A DNA stretch of 32,000 bases. It comes from an uncultured Oligoflexia bacterium. Its GTDB lineage: Bacteria > Bdellovibrionota > UBA1018 > UBA6935. The notes below the pieces were generated by a model. It was not told where the DNA came from. It made no database searches and was given only the letters and a program-made list of their open reading frames with translations. The position numbers were made by a program, and so were the translations under genes. The stretch spans positions 8,008 to 40,007 of the forward strand of contig CAXGWU010000012.1 in assembly GCA_964013565.1 (NCBI GenBank). Reading direction: 5' to 3'. Positions 7,696 through 15,972 of this stretch are shown here, one piece after another (position 1 is the first letter of the stretch; the number at the start of each line of letters is the position of its first letter).

Positions 7696-8775
7696 ATGTC
7701 CGAAATTCGAAATCGCTTGGTTGGTGAAAGTACTGCGATTCAAAGTCTATTAAACACAATCGATAAAATCTCTGCTATTGATAGTACAGTTCTGATTTCC
7801 GGAGAAAGTGGAACTGGAAAAGAGTTGGTAGCACGTTTTATTCATGAAACTTCATCTCGAAGAGAGAAACCACTCGTTATTGTGAACTGTGGGGCGATTC
7901 CAAGTGATATGTTGGAAGCCGAGTTATTTGGAAGTGTTCAAGGCTCTATGCCGGGGTCAAATGAAGACCGAATGGGACGTTTTGAAATGGCTAATGGTGG
8001 AACGATTTTTTTAGATGAAGTTGGAGATCTTCCTCATCATTTACAGGTAAAGCTTCTAAGAGTTCTTCAAACCCAACAGTTTGAGCCTGTTGGCTCTTCG
8101 AGAACAATTCAAGTTAATGTTCGAATTGTTGCTGCTTCCAATGTCAATTTAGAGCAAGCTGTTCAACAAAGAAAATTTAGAGAAGATCTTTATTATCGTC
8201 TTAATGTTATTCCTGTTAAGATTCCGTCACTAAGAGAAAGAAAAGAAGATATAAAGATTTTAATTCAACACTTTATTGATCGAAATAATCGATTGACCGG
8301 TCATAATTTAAGTATGCCTTCTGGAAAAGTTCTTGAAGCACTTCTTTCTTACGACTGGCCTGGAAACGTAAGAGAACTTGAGAATCTGATGGAAAGACTT
8401 GTTATTCTTAAGACCGCTGGATCCATTGAAATGGAAGACCTTCCTCGAGGCGTTTTTCAAAAGTATGCAGAAGCTCAACCATCAGGAACCGGAGCTGTTT
8501 CTGCATGGGAATATCCAAAGATGGCACTTCCAGAAAAAGGACTTGATTTAAAAGCAGTCGTATCCTCTTTTGAGAACCATCTTGTTGATCAGGCTCTTAG
8601 TCGAACTAATGGTAATAAAAATAAAGCTAGTGAATTACTAAGGATGAATCGGACAACTCTTGTTGAGAAGTTAAGAAAACGTGGAATGATTACTCCAGCG
8701 AAGAAAAAAAGAGAAACTCTTGCAGCTCAAAAAGCAGCGGAAGTAGCAAGTTCTATTTTTAATTCAACTGAGTAA
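7696..8775 (+). CDS. NtrC/Fis-family AAA+ enhancer-binding-protein paralog without an N-terminal sensory domain and with a degenerate GAFTGA loop
   Basis: Walker A GESGTGKE, Walker B FLDEVG, REDLYYRL, WPGNVRELEN and a C-terminal Fis-type HTH (NKNKASELLRMNRTTLVEKLRK). GSMPGS (7942-7959) sits where GAFTGA is expected. Start moved from the track's 7621 to ATG 7696, which has SD AAGGGGG at 7684-7690. Confidence 0.85.
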   Translation: MSEIRNRLVGESTAIQSLLNTIDKISAIDSTVLISGESGTGKELVARFIHETSSRREKPLVIVNCGAIPSDMLEAELFGSVQGSMPGSNEDRMGRFEMANGGTIFLDEVGDLPHHLQVKLLRVLQTQQFEPVGSSRTIQVNVRIVAASNVNLEQAVQQRKFREDLYYRLNVIPVKIPSLRERKEDIKILIQHFIDRNNRLTGHNLSMPSGKVLEALLSYDWPGNVRELENLMERLVILKTAGSIEMEDLPRGVFQKYAEAQPSGTGAVSAWEYPKMALPEKGLDLKAVVSSFENHLVDQALSRTNGNKNKASELLRMNRTTLVEKLRKRGMITPAKKKRETLAAQKAAEVASSIFNSTE

Positions 8776-8797
8776 AATTGGCACAAAGTTAAAATAG

Positions 8798-8824
8798 AAA
8801 AGGCCAGTTTTGTACTGGCCTTTT
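8798..8824. terminator. bidirectional rho-independent terminator between convergent genes
   Basis: AAAAGGCCAG-ttttgta-CTGGCCTTTT. A/T runs on both sides serve both strands. It sits between the activator stop (8775) and the mlaD stop (8825). Confidence 0.75.
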
Positions 8825-9637
8825 CTATTTTGGTAGAGACTTTTTTGCTTGTCTTTCGGTTTCAATTGTCTGTCGAATAAGGTTTCTCATTACTCTGTTT
8901 CGATTAGCTTCTCCCAGTAAGGAAAGTGCATCGTCATAAAGCGTTTTATCATTAATAAGGGCTCCGACCGTACCTTTTCCTCGATCAATTTTTTCTAAAA
9001 TTGAATTAAGGGATTTAAAAGAATCAGAAAGATGCATCTCTGTCATTTGTTCATTAAGTTTTTTTGAGAATTCACCTAAATTTTTAGCTGTTTTTGCCAT
9101 TCCTTCAAAAAAGGTAATATGTCGATTGTCTTGCTCAAACGAATAGATTAATTTTTCGATTCCCCCTGCAATTCGTTTTAATGAACCAAGGAGTTCACCT
9201 CCTTCCGTAAGAAATCCTTCGATTCCTCCTCCGGAGGTCACAGGAATTTCAGATCCTTCTGGGAGTGCTGGCCGATTAAAATCTCCAACAGTAATTGAAA
9301 TATATTTATCTCCAAGGACTCCTTGTGTAAGAATCTCAATTCTTGAGCCCTCTCGAATTTGAGTTGAATAAGAGTCTTTAATATTAAAATCGACTAATAT
9401 TTTTTTACTTTTATAATCATAGTCAATTTGATTTACAGTTCCAACATTCATTCCTCCAATGACAACTTTTGCACCTGGAAGCATGCCTGAGACATCAGTA
9501 AATAAGCCATGGTATTTAGAAACAGGAGAAAAAATTGATTCGATTCCTCCTAGAAGAGTAATGGCTAACATTAGTAAAAGTGTTCCTAGAGATACAAATA
9601 TTCCTACTTTGATTTCTTTTTGATTTTGATCATTCAT
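8825..9637 (-). CDS. mlaD: MlaD/MCE-domain protein of the Mla-type ABC lipid transporter
   Basis: N-terminal TM (VGIFVSLGTLLLMLAITLLG) followed by an MCE-like beta domain (GAKVVIGGMNVGTVNQIDYD...). It overlaps the upstream ATPase gene by 8 nt. Confidence 0.8.
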   Translation of the reverse strand: MNDQNQKEIKVGIFVSLGTLLLMLAITLLGGIESIFSPVSKYHGLFTDVSGMLPGAKVVIGGMNVGTVNQIDYDYKSKKILVDFNIKDSYSTQIREGSRIEILTQGVLGDKYISITVGDFNRPALPEGSEIPVTSGGGIEGFLTEGGELLGSLKRIAGGIEKLIYSFEQDNRHITFFEGMAKTAKNLGEFSKKLNEQMTEMHLSDSFKSLNSILEKIDRGKGTVGALINDKTLYDDALSLLGEANRNRVMRNLIRQTIETERQAKKSLPK

Positions 9638-10415
9638 GATGTCCCATGGCCTCGCTTATAAAAGATTGTACAAATGAGTCATTTGATTTTTGAATATTTT
9701 CAATCGTATCTATAACATGAATTTTTCCGTCATTTAAAAATGCGATACGATCCGAAATTTCGAATGCTGCAGGAATATCATGAGTTACAAATATTCCTGT
9801 CATTCCTCTGGATTTAAGTGTCTTTATATTCTTTAGTAGTCTTTTTGTGTTTACAGGGTCAAGACCGGCGGTCGGCTCATCAAATAGAATTACTTTGGGT
9901 CTTAGAATTGTTGCTCTTGCAAGTCCAGTTCTTTTTTGCATTCCTCCGGAGAGTTCTGCAGGAAGAAGTTTATTACTTCCTTTCATGTCAATCATTTCTA
10001 ACATTTCTTCGACTCGTTCAGAGATTTCTTTATTTGAAAGATTAGTATGCTCTATCAAAGGATAGGCTAAATTTTCTTCAACAGTGAGGGAATCAAAAAG
10101 CGCACCATTTTGAAAAACAAACCCTATTTGAGTTCTAATTCGGACGAGCTCCTTTTCACTTAATTGGGTAATTTCTTGACCTTCAAAAACAATAGAACCT
10201 TTATCTGGTTTTTCTAAACCAATAATTGATCTAAGAATAACGCTCTTTCCTGTCCCGGACCCACCAAATAAAGCGATAAGTTCCCCTTCTTTTAGTGATA
10301 AAGAAACTCCCTTGTGAACCTGTTTGTCACCAAAAGCTTTATGAAGGTCTGTAATTTTTAGTATTACTTTTTCTTTAGACAAGAGATCCTCACGTTCCAG
10401 AAAAAACAGTAACAA
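9630..10415 (-). CDS. mlaF: ABC transporter ATP-binding protein, MlaF-like
   Basis: Walker A GGSGTGKS, signature LSGGMQKR, Walker B ILFDEPTAGLD and H-loop VTHD. It lies between the permease and MCE genes. The start is uncertain (26-nt overlap with mlaE). Confidence 0.85.
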   Translation of the reverse strand: MLLFFLEREDLLSKEKVILKITDLHKAFGDKQVHKGVSLSLKEGELIALFGGSGTGKSVILRSIIGLEKPDKGSIVFEGQEITQLSEKELVRIRTQIGFVFQNGALFDSLTVEENLAYPLIEHTNLSNKEISERVEEMLEMIDMKGSNKLLPAELSGGMQKRTGLARATILRPKVILFDEPTAGLDPVNTKRLLKNIKTLKSRGMTGIFVTHDIPAAFEISDRIAFLNDGKIHVIDTIENIQKSNDSFVQSFISEAMGHHE

Positions 10416-11232
10416 TAAATAATTTTGTTAGAAAAAAATCACTGATCATAATAAAAATACTTGAAGTCACGACAACCCAAGTTGTAGTGTTTCCTACACC
10501 TTGGGTTCCACCTTGAGTATTTAATCCTTTCCAGCATGCGACCATCGCAATAAAAAAAGCAAAAACTCCAGTTTTTGCCATTCCAGTGAGAAGATCTGCC
10601 ATTGTTAGTGTATCTACTGCTTTTGATAAAAAGTAAGAAGCGCTAATATTTAACTCAAGTGCAGAGACTGCCATTGCTCCAAGCATTGCTATGTAGTCTG
10701 CAAATAACGTAAGTAAAGGAAGTGCAATCATGCTTGCAACTAATCTAGGAATAACTATTTTTTTAATTGGACTTGTTCCTAATGCTCTAATTGCATCAAT
10801 TTGTTGAGTTACCTTCATGGAACCTACTTCTGATGCGATTCCAGAACCTATTCTTCCTGCTACAAGTAGGCTTGCGAAAACCGGTCCCATTTCTCTAGAG
10901 ATCGTAAGGGCAACAAGTTTAGGAACATACATTTTTCCACCAAATTTTTCTAAACCAAAACCAAATTGAAGAGCCATTACAGAGCCAGTGGCTAGTCCAG
11001 TAACGGCCACTAATAGAATGGAACGATTTCCTATTTGATAAATTTGATCTAAAACAAGTTTAAAATAAAAGGGTTTAGTTTTTATTTCATCTAAAACTTG
11101 TTTAATTAAGATTCCTAATCCTCCACAGAAGTGGATGATTTCAAAAATTTTTTTCCCAATATTTTTATGCAGTTCATTTAATGCTAGTCGCATAGAGAAT
11201 ATTTTTTTAGATATTAAACCTACTTGCTCCAT
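10390..11232 (-). CDS. mlaE: ABC transporter permease, MlaE-like
   Basis: 280-aa polytopic protein with MlaE-type motifs (GPVFASLLVAGRIGSGIASEVGSMKVTQQIDA). First gene of the E-F-D set. Confidence 0.85.
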   Translation of the reverse strand: MEQVGLISKKIFSMRLALNELHKNIGKKIFEIIHFCGGLGILIKQVLDEIKTKPFYFKLVLDQIYQIGNRSILLVAVTGLATGSVMALQFGFGLEKFGGKMYVPKLVALTISREMGPVFASLLVAGRIGSGIASEVGSMKVTQQIDAIRALGTSPIKKIVIPRLVASMIALPLLTLFADYIAMLGAMAVSALELNISASYFLSKAVDTLTMADLLTGMAKTGVFAFFIAMVACWKGLNTQGGTQGVGNTTTWVVVTSSIFIMISDFFLTKLFIVTVFSGT

Positions 11233-11272
11233 ATCTACTATGGTATCTAAAAAAGAAAATTAAAAAAGCCGG

Positions 11273-11842
11273 TTAATCTAGCCTAGTGCTTGTTACAAAG
11301 TAGGAAAAATCTGCCTCTTCTTTTTCGAAAAACTGAGGCCTAGAGATATACATAAAGTCATAGATACAGTCATTGATTTGGGTAACTATTGTTCTTACTT
11401 TTATTTTTTGATTTTCGATTTTCCCTAATATTGTTGTCTGCAGAGCTTCTTTTTTTGAAATCATTGTAACGGTTTGGTGTTTTTCTTTGATTCTGGAAAA
11501 ACCCATGAGAAGGGTATTTGTAAAATCTGAAAGTTGATGTTGACTGTAGCTGTTTGATTTTTTACACGACGAATTTAAAGAAATTGTAGAGTGAGTTATT
11601 TGAGATTGATAAACTACATCTGGAATACGTGTATTTTTCTCTTCCGCACTCAAGTCCATTTCTATCGAATTCAAACTATTTTGTGTATTCAGTTTTTTCC
11701 ATTGAGATTTGAATTTACTGAGATCTTTATATCCATATTCTTCAGACTTCTTGCTTCCTGGATCTATGTTTCCAAGTAAAACAGCACAGCCTGTGAACTG
11801 AAAACTTAATAATGTAAAAATAACTAGTTGAAATGCTTTCAT
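11273..11842 (-). CDS. hypothetical lipoprotein (189 aa)
   Basis: Signal peptide with lipobox LSFQFTG|C. Same strand as mlaE and 40 nt upstream of it. No family recognised. Confidence 0.6.
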   Translation of the reverse strand: MKAFQLVIFTLLSFQFTGCAVLLGNIDPGSKKSEEYGYKDLSKFKSQWKKLNTQNSLNSIEMDLSAEEKNTRIPDVVYQSQITHSTISLNSSCKKSNSYSQHQLSDFTNTLLMGFSRIKEKHQTVTMISKKEALQTTILGKIENQKIKVRTIVTQINDCIYDFMYISRPQFFEKEEADFSYFVTSTRLD

Positions 11843-12101
11843 TAATAACTATTCTCACCTTTTTTTTTCAATGATTCAATTTCTTATCTTTATAGAGTTT
11901 ATTTTAATTCAGTCGTCAAAATTTAAACCTTAAAAAAATAGTGTCAAAAAAATGTCTTAAAAAAATAATAAATTCAAATAGTTACAAAAACGTCCTGGGA
12001 AAAAAAATATAGGTAAATTTGGTGTCGGTACAAATTTGAGATAAGATTTAATTGCCGGTAAGCAAAGAATGCTAATCGTTATAGAGTCAGGATGACAAAA
12101 T

Positions 12102-14885
12102 ATGATTAAGAGCAAGAAGCTCTCTTATTTATTTTTACTTCTATTGGTTTGGGTGAAGCCTTCACTTGCTTCGCTATCAAGTACTCCCTATTTTATTAAA
12201 GATCAAAAAGAAGTTTTTGATTTACAGACTTATGAAACTTTTAGTCGGATATCAATTTTAATTAACCCATCAATTAAACCAGTTTTTGTAGATGGAAAAA
12301 AAACATTTAAAATATTTTTTCCAGAAGTTTCTCTATTAGATATAGGAATTAAAAGAAATGAATTAAGAAACTTTAATTTTAAAATTAAAGAATTTAGAGA
12401 TTCTAGAGTCAAAGATATTAAATTAAAAGAAGAAATCGATGGGATTTCGTTCTTAGGTGAATGGAGATTTCCAAATGATAAAGATTCTCCTGCTTTTCCA
12501 AAAATGCAAAATTTCCAATTCATGGATGAAAATCCATCTCGATTTGTGCTTGATTTTTGGCATAGACCAGGGCTTTCCAGAGCCGAAGTTAATAGAAGAG
12601 AGGAACTTCGTAAAAGAAAACTTTCAATATTGAAAGAAAAGAAAAAATACGAAGAAATGAAAAAAGTTAGATTTGCAAAAAGAGCGCTTAAGAAAAAAGT
12701 TGTTGCTATGGATTTGTTTTGTGGAAGGCCTGTGAATGAAGAAAATGAAATTTTTCTTCCTTTTCGTCCTGTTCATCGACCAGTTAAATTAGAAGAATGG
12801 GTTCATTCTATTCAGCCCGATAAAGACTATCCATACTTTGAGCCAAAAGCAGGAACAATGGGTAAAGAAGGGGATTATTTACGTTTAGCTTTAAGGCTTT
12901 ACAGAAAAGGTGATTTTGGACTCACAATTCGAACTATTGATTTTTATGAATCAGATTTTTCAAAATCACCTCATTATGCACAAATGAAATTTTTAAAAGC
13001 AAATGCTCTTTTAAAACTTGGTTATGTAAAAAAAGCTGACCGGATTTTTGATGAACTAATGAATCATATGGATAATATGGCCGTAGCTCTTCATTCAGGC
13101 ATTTATATCGCAGTACAGACTCTCAAAAATAAAGAATATTTAAAATCTTTAGAATATTTTACTTGGCTATCAAATAAATTTCCTTCTCATCGTTTAAACT
13201 GGGCCTTTCATTTGGGTGCTGCAGAGTCACTTTATCATCTTAAGCAGACAGATAGAGCTTCTAAGGAATTTCAGAATGTTGCAGAAAAAGCCCCTATTGT
13301 AGCAGTAAAGGCAGAGGCAGGATTGAAGGTCGGTGATTTATTTTTAGAGAGAAAACAATATGCACAAGCTCTTGCTTCTTATTATAAGTCTACACAGCTA
13401 TTTAAAGATGAGGCTGAAAACTTTCTTCCAATGCAATTAAATAGAGCAGAATCTCTCTATTGGCTTAAAGAATATGCAAGAGCTGAGGTTAAATTTAAAG
13501 AAATTATAGGAAAATTTAAAACAAAACCCGAAACATGGAGAGCCTATTTACGTTTAGCTGAAATTCAAGGTCGAAAAAAAGGGGAAAAGAACAATAAAAT
13601 TTATAGAAAATACCTCTACGACACAATTAATTTGTATCCTTATTCTCCAGGAGCGACTCTTGCTCGATTAAAACTTTTACCTTGTGGAGACCATGGAGGA
13701 TTTACTGCATCAAGTGCTGAAAGATTTTTTAAGGAAGAAGCTGAAAAATTTGATGGAAAAGGAGAAGTAATTACAAAACTTTATCCAGATTTTAAAAAAA
13801 TTACAGAAGTACGAACTTGGGTTTCCATGGGACGGACACATAAAGCTTTGTTGACGTCTGCAAAATATCAAAAATTAATGATCAAAAAAGCTTCTGTAAA
13901 AGTTTTAAAGGATAGTTTTAGACAAATTTTTAGAGCACAGGTGCTGAAGCTATTAGCACAAGGAAAAAAAATAGAAGCAATAAAAGAATATGAAGTATAC
14001 AAATGGGCTATTCCAAAAGTGGGAGACCCGGTTGCTTCTGATTATCTATTAGAATTAGCGGACGCCGCATCTGATCTAGAATTTCCTGCGCTTTCTACTA
14101 AGTTGCTCAATCGTTATCGAGCAGAAACGACTTCTTTAGATCGACGAATTGCAAAGGATAAGGAAGATACAGATAGTCATCCGGAGGACCGTCAAAAAAA
14201 TTCTCAAGAACATTTAATAGAAGCTAGAAATATATGGATGGAATATCAGTCTAATAAAGCCAAGCAAATTAGATATCATTTAAAAGAAATTCAGTATGAG
14301 CACCCGAAGTCTTTTGAAGCTCAGATGATTAGTGGTTTGTTAAATTTTGAAGAAAAAAAATATAAAGAATCTTTAAAAGATATAGTTAATTCAAAGCTGT
14401 TGATTTCAAAGATGTCCCCAGAAAGTGAAATTCGTTTTAATTATATGTTAGCGAAAATAAATCAAAATCTTGGGGAAGATGATATCGCATTAGATTATTT
14501 TCAAAAAATTGAATCAAAAGTTCTAGACACAAAAAAAGAAATTGAGAGATCTGATTTAGATAAATTAATGGATAAGCTTCATTTTCCGAGAATTCCAGAA
14601 TACCAAAACTTAGTATTTGAAATAGGAAAAGTCTTTGAGTCAAAGGGCTTTTGGGGAAAAGCTGCTTCTGTCTATGATCGAGCAGTTAATAACAAATCTT
14701 CAAATAATCGAATGCTATTTAGCTTAGGAAGGGCTCTTTTAAAAACAAAAGAAAAAGTAAATGTTCAAAGAGGATGGAAGATTTATCAAGAAGTAGCAAA
14801 TAGTAAAAATGAAGATTTTTGGAAAAAATTAGCGTTACAAGCGTTGAATAACAAACAAGCCAGGGAGGGCGAGAATAATGAGTAA
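12102..14885 (+). CDS. secreted 927-aa protein: N-terminal beta-rich domain, charged helix, long TPR-like repeat array
   Basis: Signal peptide MIKSKKLSYLFLLLLVWVKPSLA|S. An N-terminal region of about 140 aa (aa 25-165) reads as strand-prone. K/R/E helix REELRKRKLSILKEKKKYEEMKK. About 700 aa of A/L/Y-periodic helical repeats (e.g. YLRLALRLYRKGDF, YAQALASYYKSTQLF, WGKAASVYDRAV). The 3' end overlaps the next gene by 8 nt. Confidence 0.8.
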   Translation: MIKSKKLSYLFLLLLVWVKPSLASLSSTPYFIKDQKEVFDLQTYETFSRISILINPSIKPVFVDGKKTFKIFFPEVSLLDIGIKRNELRNFNFKIKEFRDSRVKDIKLKEEIDGISFLGEWRFPNDKDSPAFPKMQNFQFMDENPSRFVLDFWHRPGLSRAEVNRREELRKRKLSILKEKKKYEEMKKVRFAKRALKKKVVAMDLFCGRPVNEENEIFLPFRPVHRPVKLEEWVHSIQPDKDYPYFEPKAGTMGKEGDYLRLALRLYRKGDFGLTIRTIDFYESDFSKSPHYAQMKFLKANALLKLGYVKKADRIFDELMNHMDNMAVALHSGIYIAVQTLKNKEYLKSLEYFTWLSNKFPSHRLNWAFHLGAAESLYHLKQTDRASKEFQNVAEKAPIVAVKAEAGLKVGDLFLERKQYAQALASYYKSTQLFKDEAENFLPMQLNRAESLYWLKEYARAEVKFKEIIGKFKTKPETWRAYLRLAEIQGRKKGEKNNKIYRKYLYDTINLYPYSPGATLARLKLLPCGDHGGFTASSAERFFKEEAEKFDGKGEVITKLYPDFKKITEVRTWVSMGRTHKALLTSAKYQKLMIKKASVKVLKDSFRQIFRAQVLKLLAQGKKIEAIKEYEVYKWAIPKVGDPVASDYLLELADAASDLEFPALSTKLLNRYRAETTSLDRRIAKDKEDTDSHPEDRQKNSQEHLIEARNIWMEYQSNKAKQIRYHLKEIQYEHPKSFEAQMISGLLNFEEKKYKESLKDIVNSKLLISKMSPESEIRFNYMLAKINQNLGEDDIALDYFQKIESKVLDTKKEIERSDLDKLMDKLHFPRIPEYQNLVFEIGKVFESKGFWGKAASVYDRAVNNKSSNNRMLFSLGRALLKTKEKVNVQRGWKIYQEVANSKNEDFWKKLALQALNNKQAREGENNE

Positions 14886-15843
14886 AATCATTACTAATGA
14901 CCGAAGAATGAAGGAAGTCATTCAATTAGCAGAAACGGTGTCTCAAAGTAAAGCAACTGTTTTAATTCAAGGAGAGAGTGGAACAGGAAAAGAAGTTTTA
15001 GCTAGTATGATACATTCTTGTAGTACTAGGAAGAATAAACCGTTTGTTGCAATTAATTGCGCAGCTATTCCAGAAAATTTATTAGAATCTGAGTTGTTTG
15101 GCTATGAGAGAGGTGCGTTTACAGGTGCTGCCAGCAGTAAAGCGGGTAAATTTGAATTTGCTAATAATGGAACCTTGTTATTAGACGAAATTTCAGAAAT
15201 GGATTTAAAACTTCAAGCGAAGTTACTCCGAGTTATACAAGAGTCAGAAGTAGATCGAATTGGAGGAAGGAAGCCAATTCCGATTGATGTTCGAATAGTA
15301 GCGACAACTAACAAAAATTTAGCAGAGTGTGTAAAAGAAGGTACTTTTAGAGAGGATCTATTTTATCGATTAAATGTAGTGAATCTTACTTTGCCTCCAT
15401 TGAGAGAGAGAATTGGAGATGTAGAAATTTTAAGTGAATATTTTATTTCTAAATTGGCAGCTAAAAATAATTCATCGATAAAAAAAATAGATATAGATGC
15501 ACTAAAAAAACTCGACTCTCATTTGTGGCCAGGAAATGTTCGCGAACTTGAAAATGTTATTGAGCGGGCATTAATTACAGCAGGTGAAGTTATTTTAGTG
15601 AATGATATTGTTCTTCAGAATTCGCTTGAAAGCCAAAGCATGAGAAAAGAGCTAGTTGAAGATAACGAAATGACTAGCTGGATTCCAGGGAAAACACTTC
15701 ATGATATAGAGAGAGAAATTATTATTAAAGCTCTTGATCATCATAGTGGAAATAGGACACACACGGCAAAAGCTTTGGGAATTTCTATTAGGACATTAAG
15801 AAATAAGATAGCTGAATATAAAAAAGTAGGAATTTATCTATGA
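14878..15843 (+). CDS. sigma-54-dependent Fis-family transcriptional activator, AAA+ plus HTH only (no receiver/sensor domain)
   Basis: GESGTGKE, intact GAFTGA (15112-15129), LLLDEIS, REDLFYRL, WPGNVRELEN and HTH NRTHTAKALGISIRTLRNKIAEYK. SD GGGAGGG lies 8 nt upstream, inside the TPR gene. It sits directly upstream of flgB. Confidence 0.9.
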   Translation: MSKIITNDRRMKEVIQLAETVSQSKATVLIQGESGTGKEVLASMIHSCSTRKNKPFVAINCAAIPENLLESELFGYERGAFTGAASSKAGKFEFANNGTLLLDEISEMDLKLQAKLLRVIQESEVDRIGGRKPIPIDVRIVATTNKNLAECVKEGTFREDLFYRLNVVNLTLPPLRERIGDVEILSEYFISKLAAKNNSSIKKIDIDALKKLDSHLWPGNVRELENVIERALITAGEVILVNDIVLQNSLESQSMRKELVEDNEMTSWIPGKTLHDIEREIIIKALDHHSGNRTHTAKALGISIRTLRNKIAEYKKVGIYL

Positions 15844-15850
15844 TTTAAGA

Positions 15851-15896
15851 TAGGCAAATAGGTTTCATTGATGAAAGTTATTTGCCTACCTATAAT
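15851..15896 (+). promoter_or_regulatory. 38-nt near-perfect palindrome (15851-15888) overlapping a TTGATG-N17-TATAAT promoter candidate
   Basis: TAGGCAAATAGGTTTCA-ttga-TGAAAGTTATTTGCCTA gives 17 pairs, with one G-U wobble and one mismatch. -35 TTGATG at 15868-15873, 17-nt spacer, -10 TATAAT at 15891-15896. It lies about 75 nt upstream of the flgB ATG. Confidence 0.35.
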
Positions 15897-15972
15897 AAAG
15901 TAGAGATTAAAATAGTAGTAATTTCATTATTTTTTTGGGTATGGAAATTGAAGATATAATAGATGGTGTTAA

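Noticed and set aside
8779-8795. TTGGCACAAAGTTAAAA, a sigma-54 -24-like TGGCAC
   Set aside because: There is no TTGC/GC at the -12 position. It sits between a stop codon and a terminator with no downstream gene on that strand.
11929-11967. Direct repeat CTTAAAAAAATA x2 (period 27 nt) in the divergent lipoprotein/TPR promoter region
   Set aside because: These are A-tract-rich 12-mers in roughly 25% GC intergenic DNA. They are likely generic curvature or UP-like sequence, and there is no further structure or third copy.
12031-12061. GCCGGTAA (12054-12061) as a sigma-28 -10 element (consensus GCCGATAA) upstream of the TPR gene
   Set aside because: The required TAAA(GTTT) -35 element is absent at the N11/N15 spacing. 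The best match, CAAATTTG, is 3 nt too far away. The shared TTAATTGCCG with the fliL upstream region (around 27575-27584) is only 10 nt and could be chance in AT-rich DNA.
12230-14925. Three short antisense ORFs (12230-12523, 14437-14643, 14719-14925) inside the TPR gene
   Set aside because: They are embedded in a long, well-supported + strand ORF. The products are low complexity and no start signals are present.
15936-15951. TGGGTATGGAAATTGA as a sigma-54 promoter for flgB
   Set aside because: GG-N10 lands on TG/GA rather than GC. The TTG is shifted by one position relative to the consensus TGGCAC-N5-TTGC.
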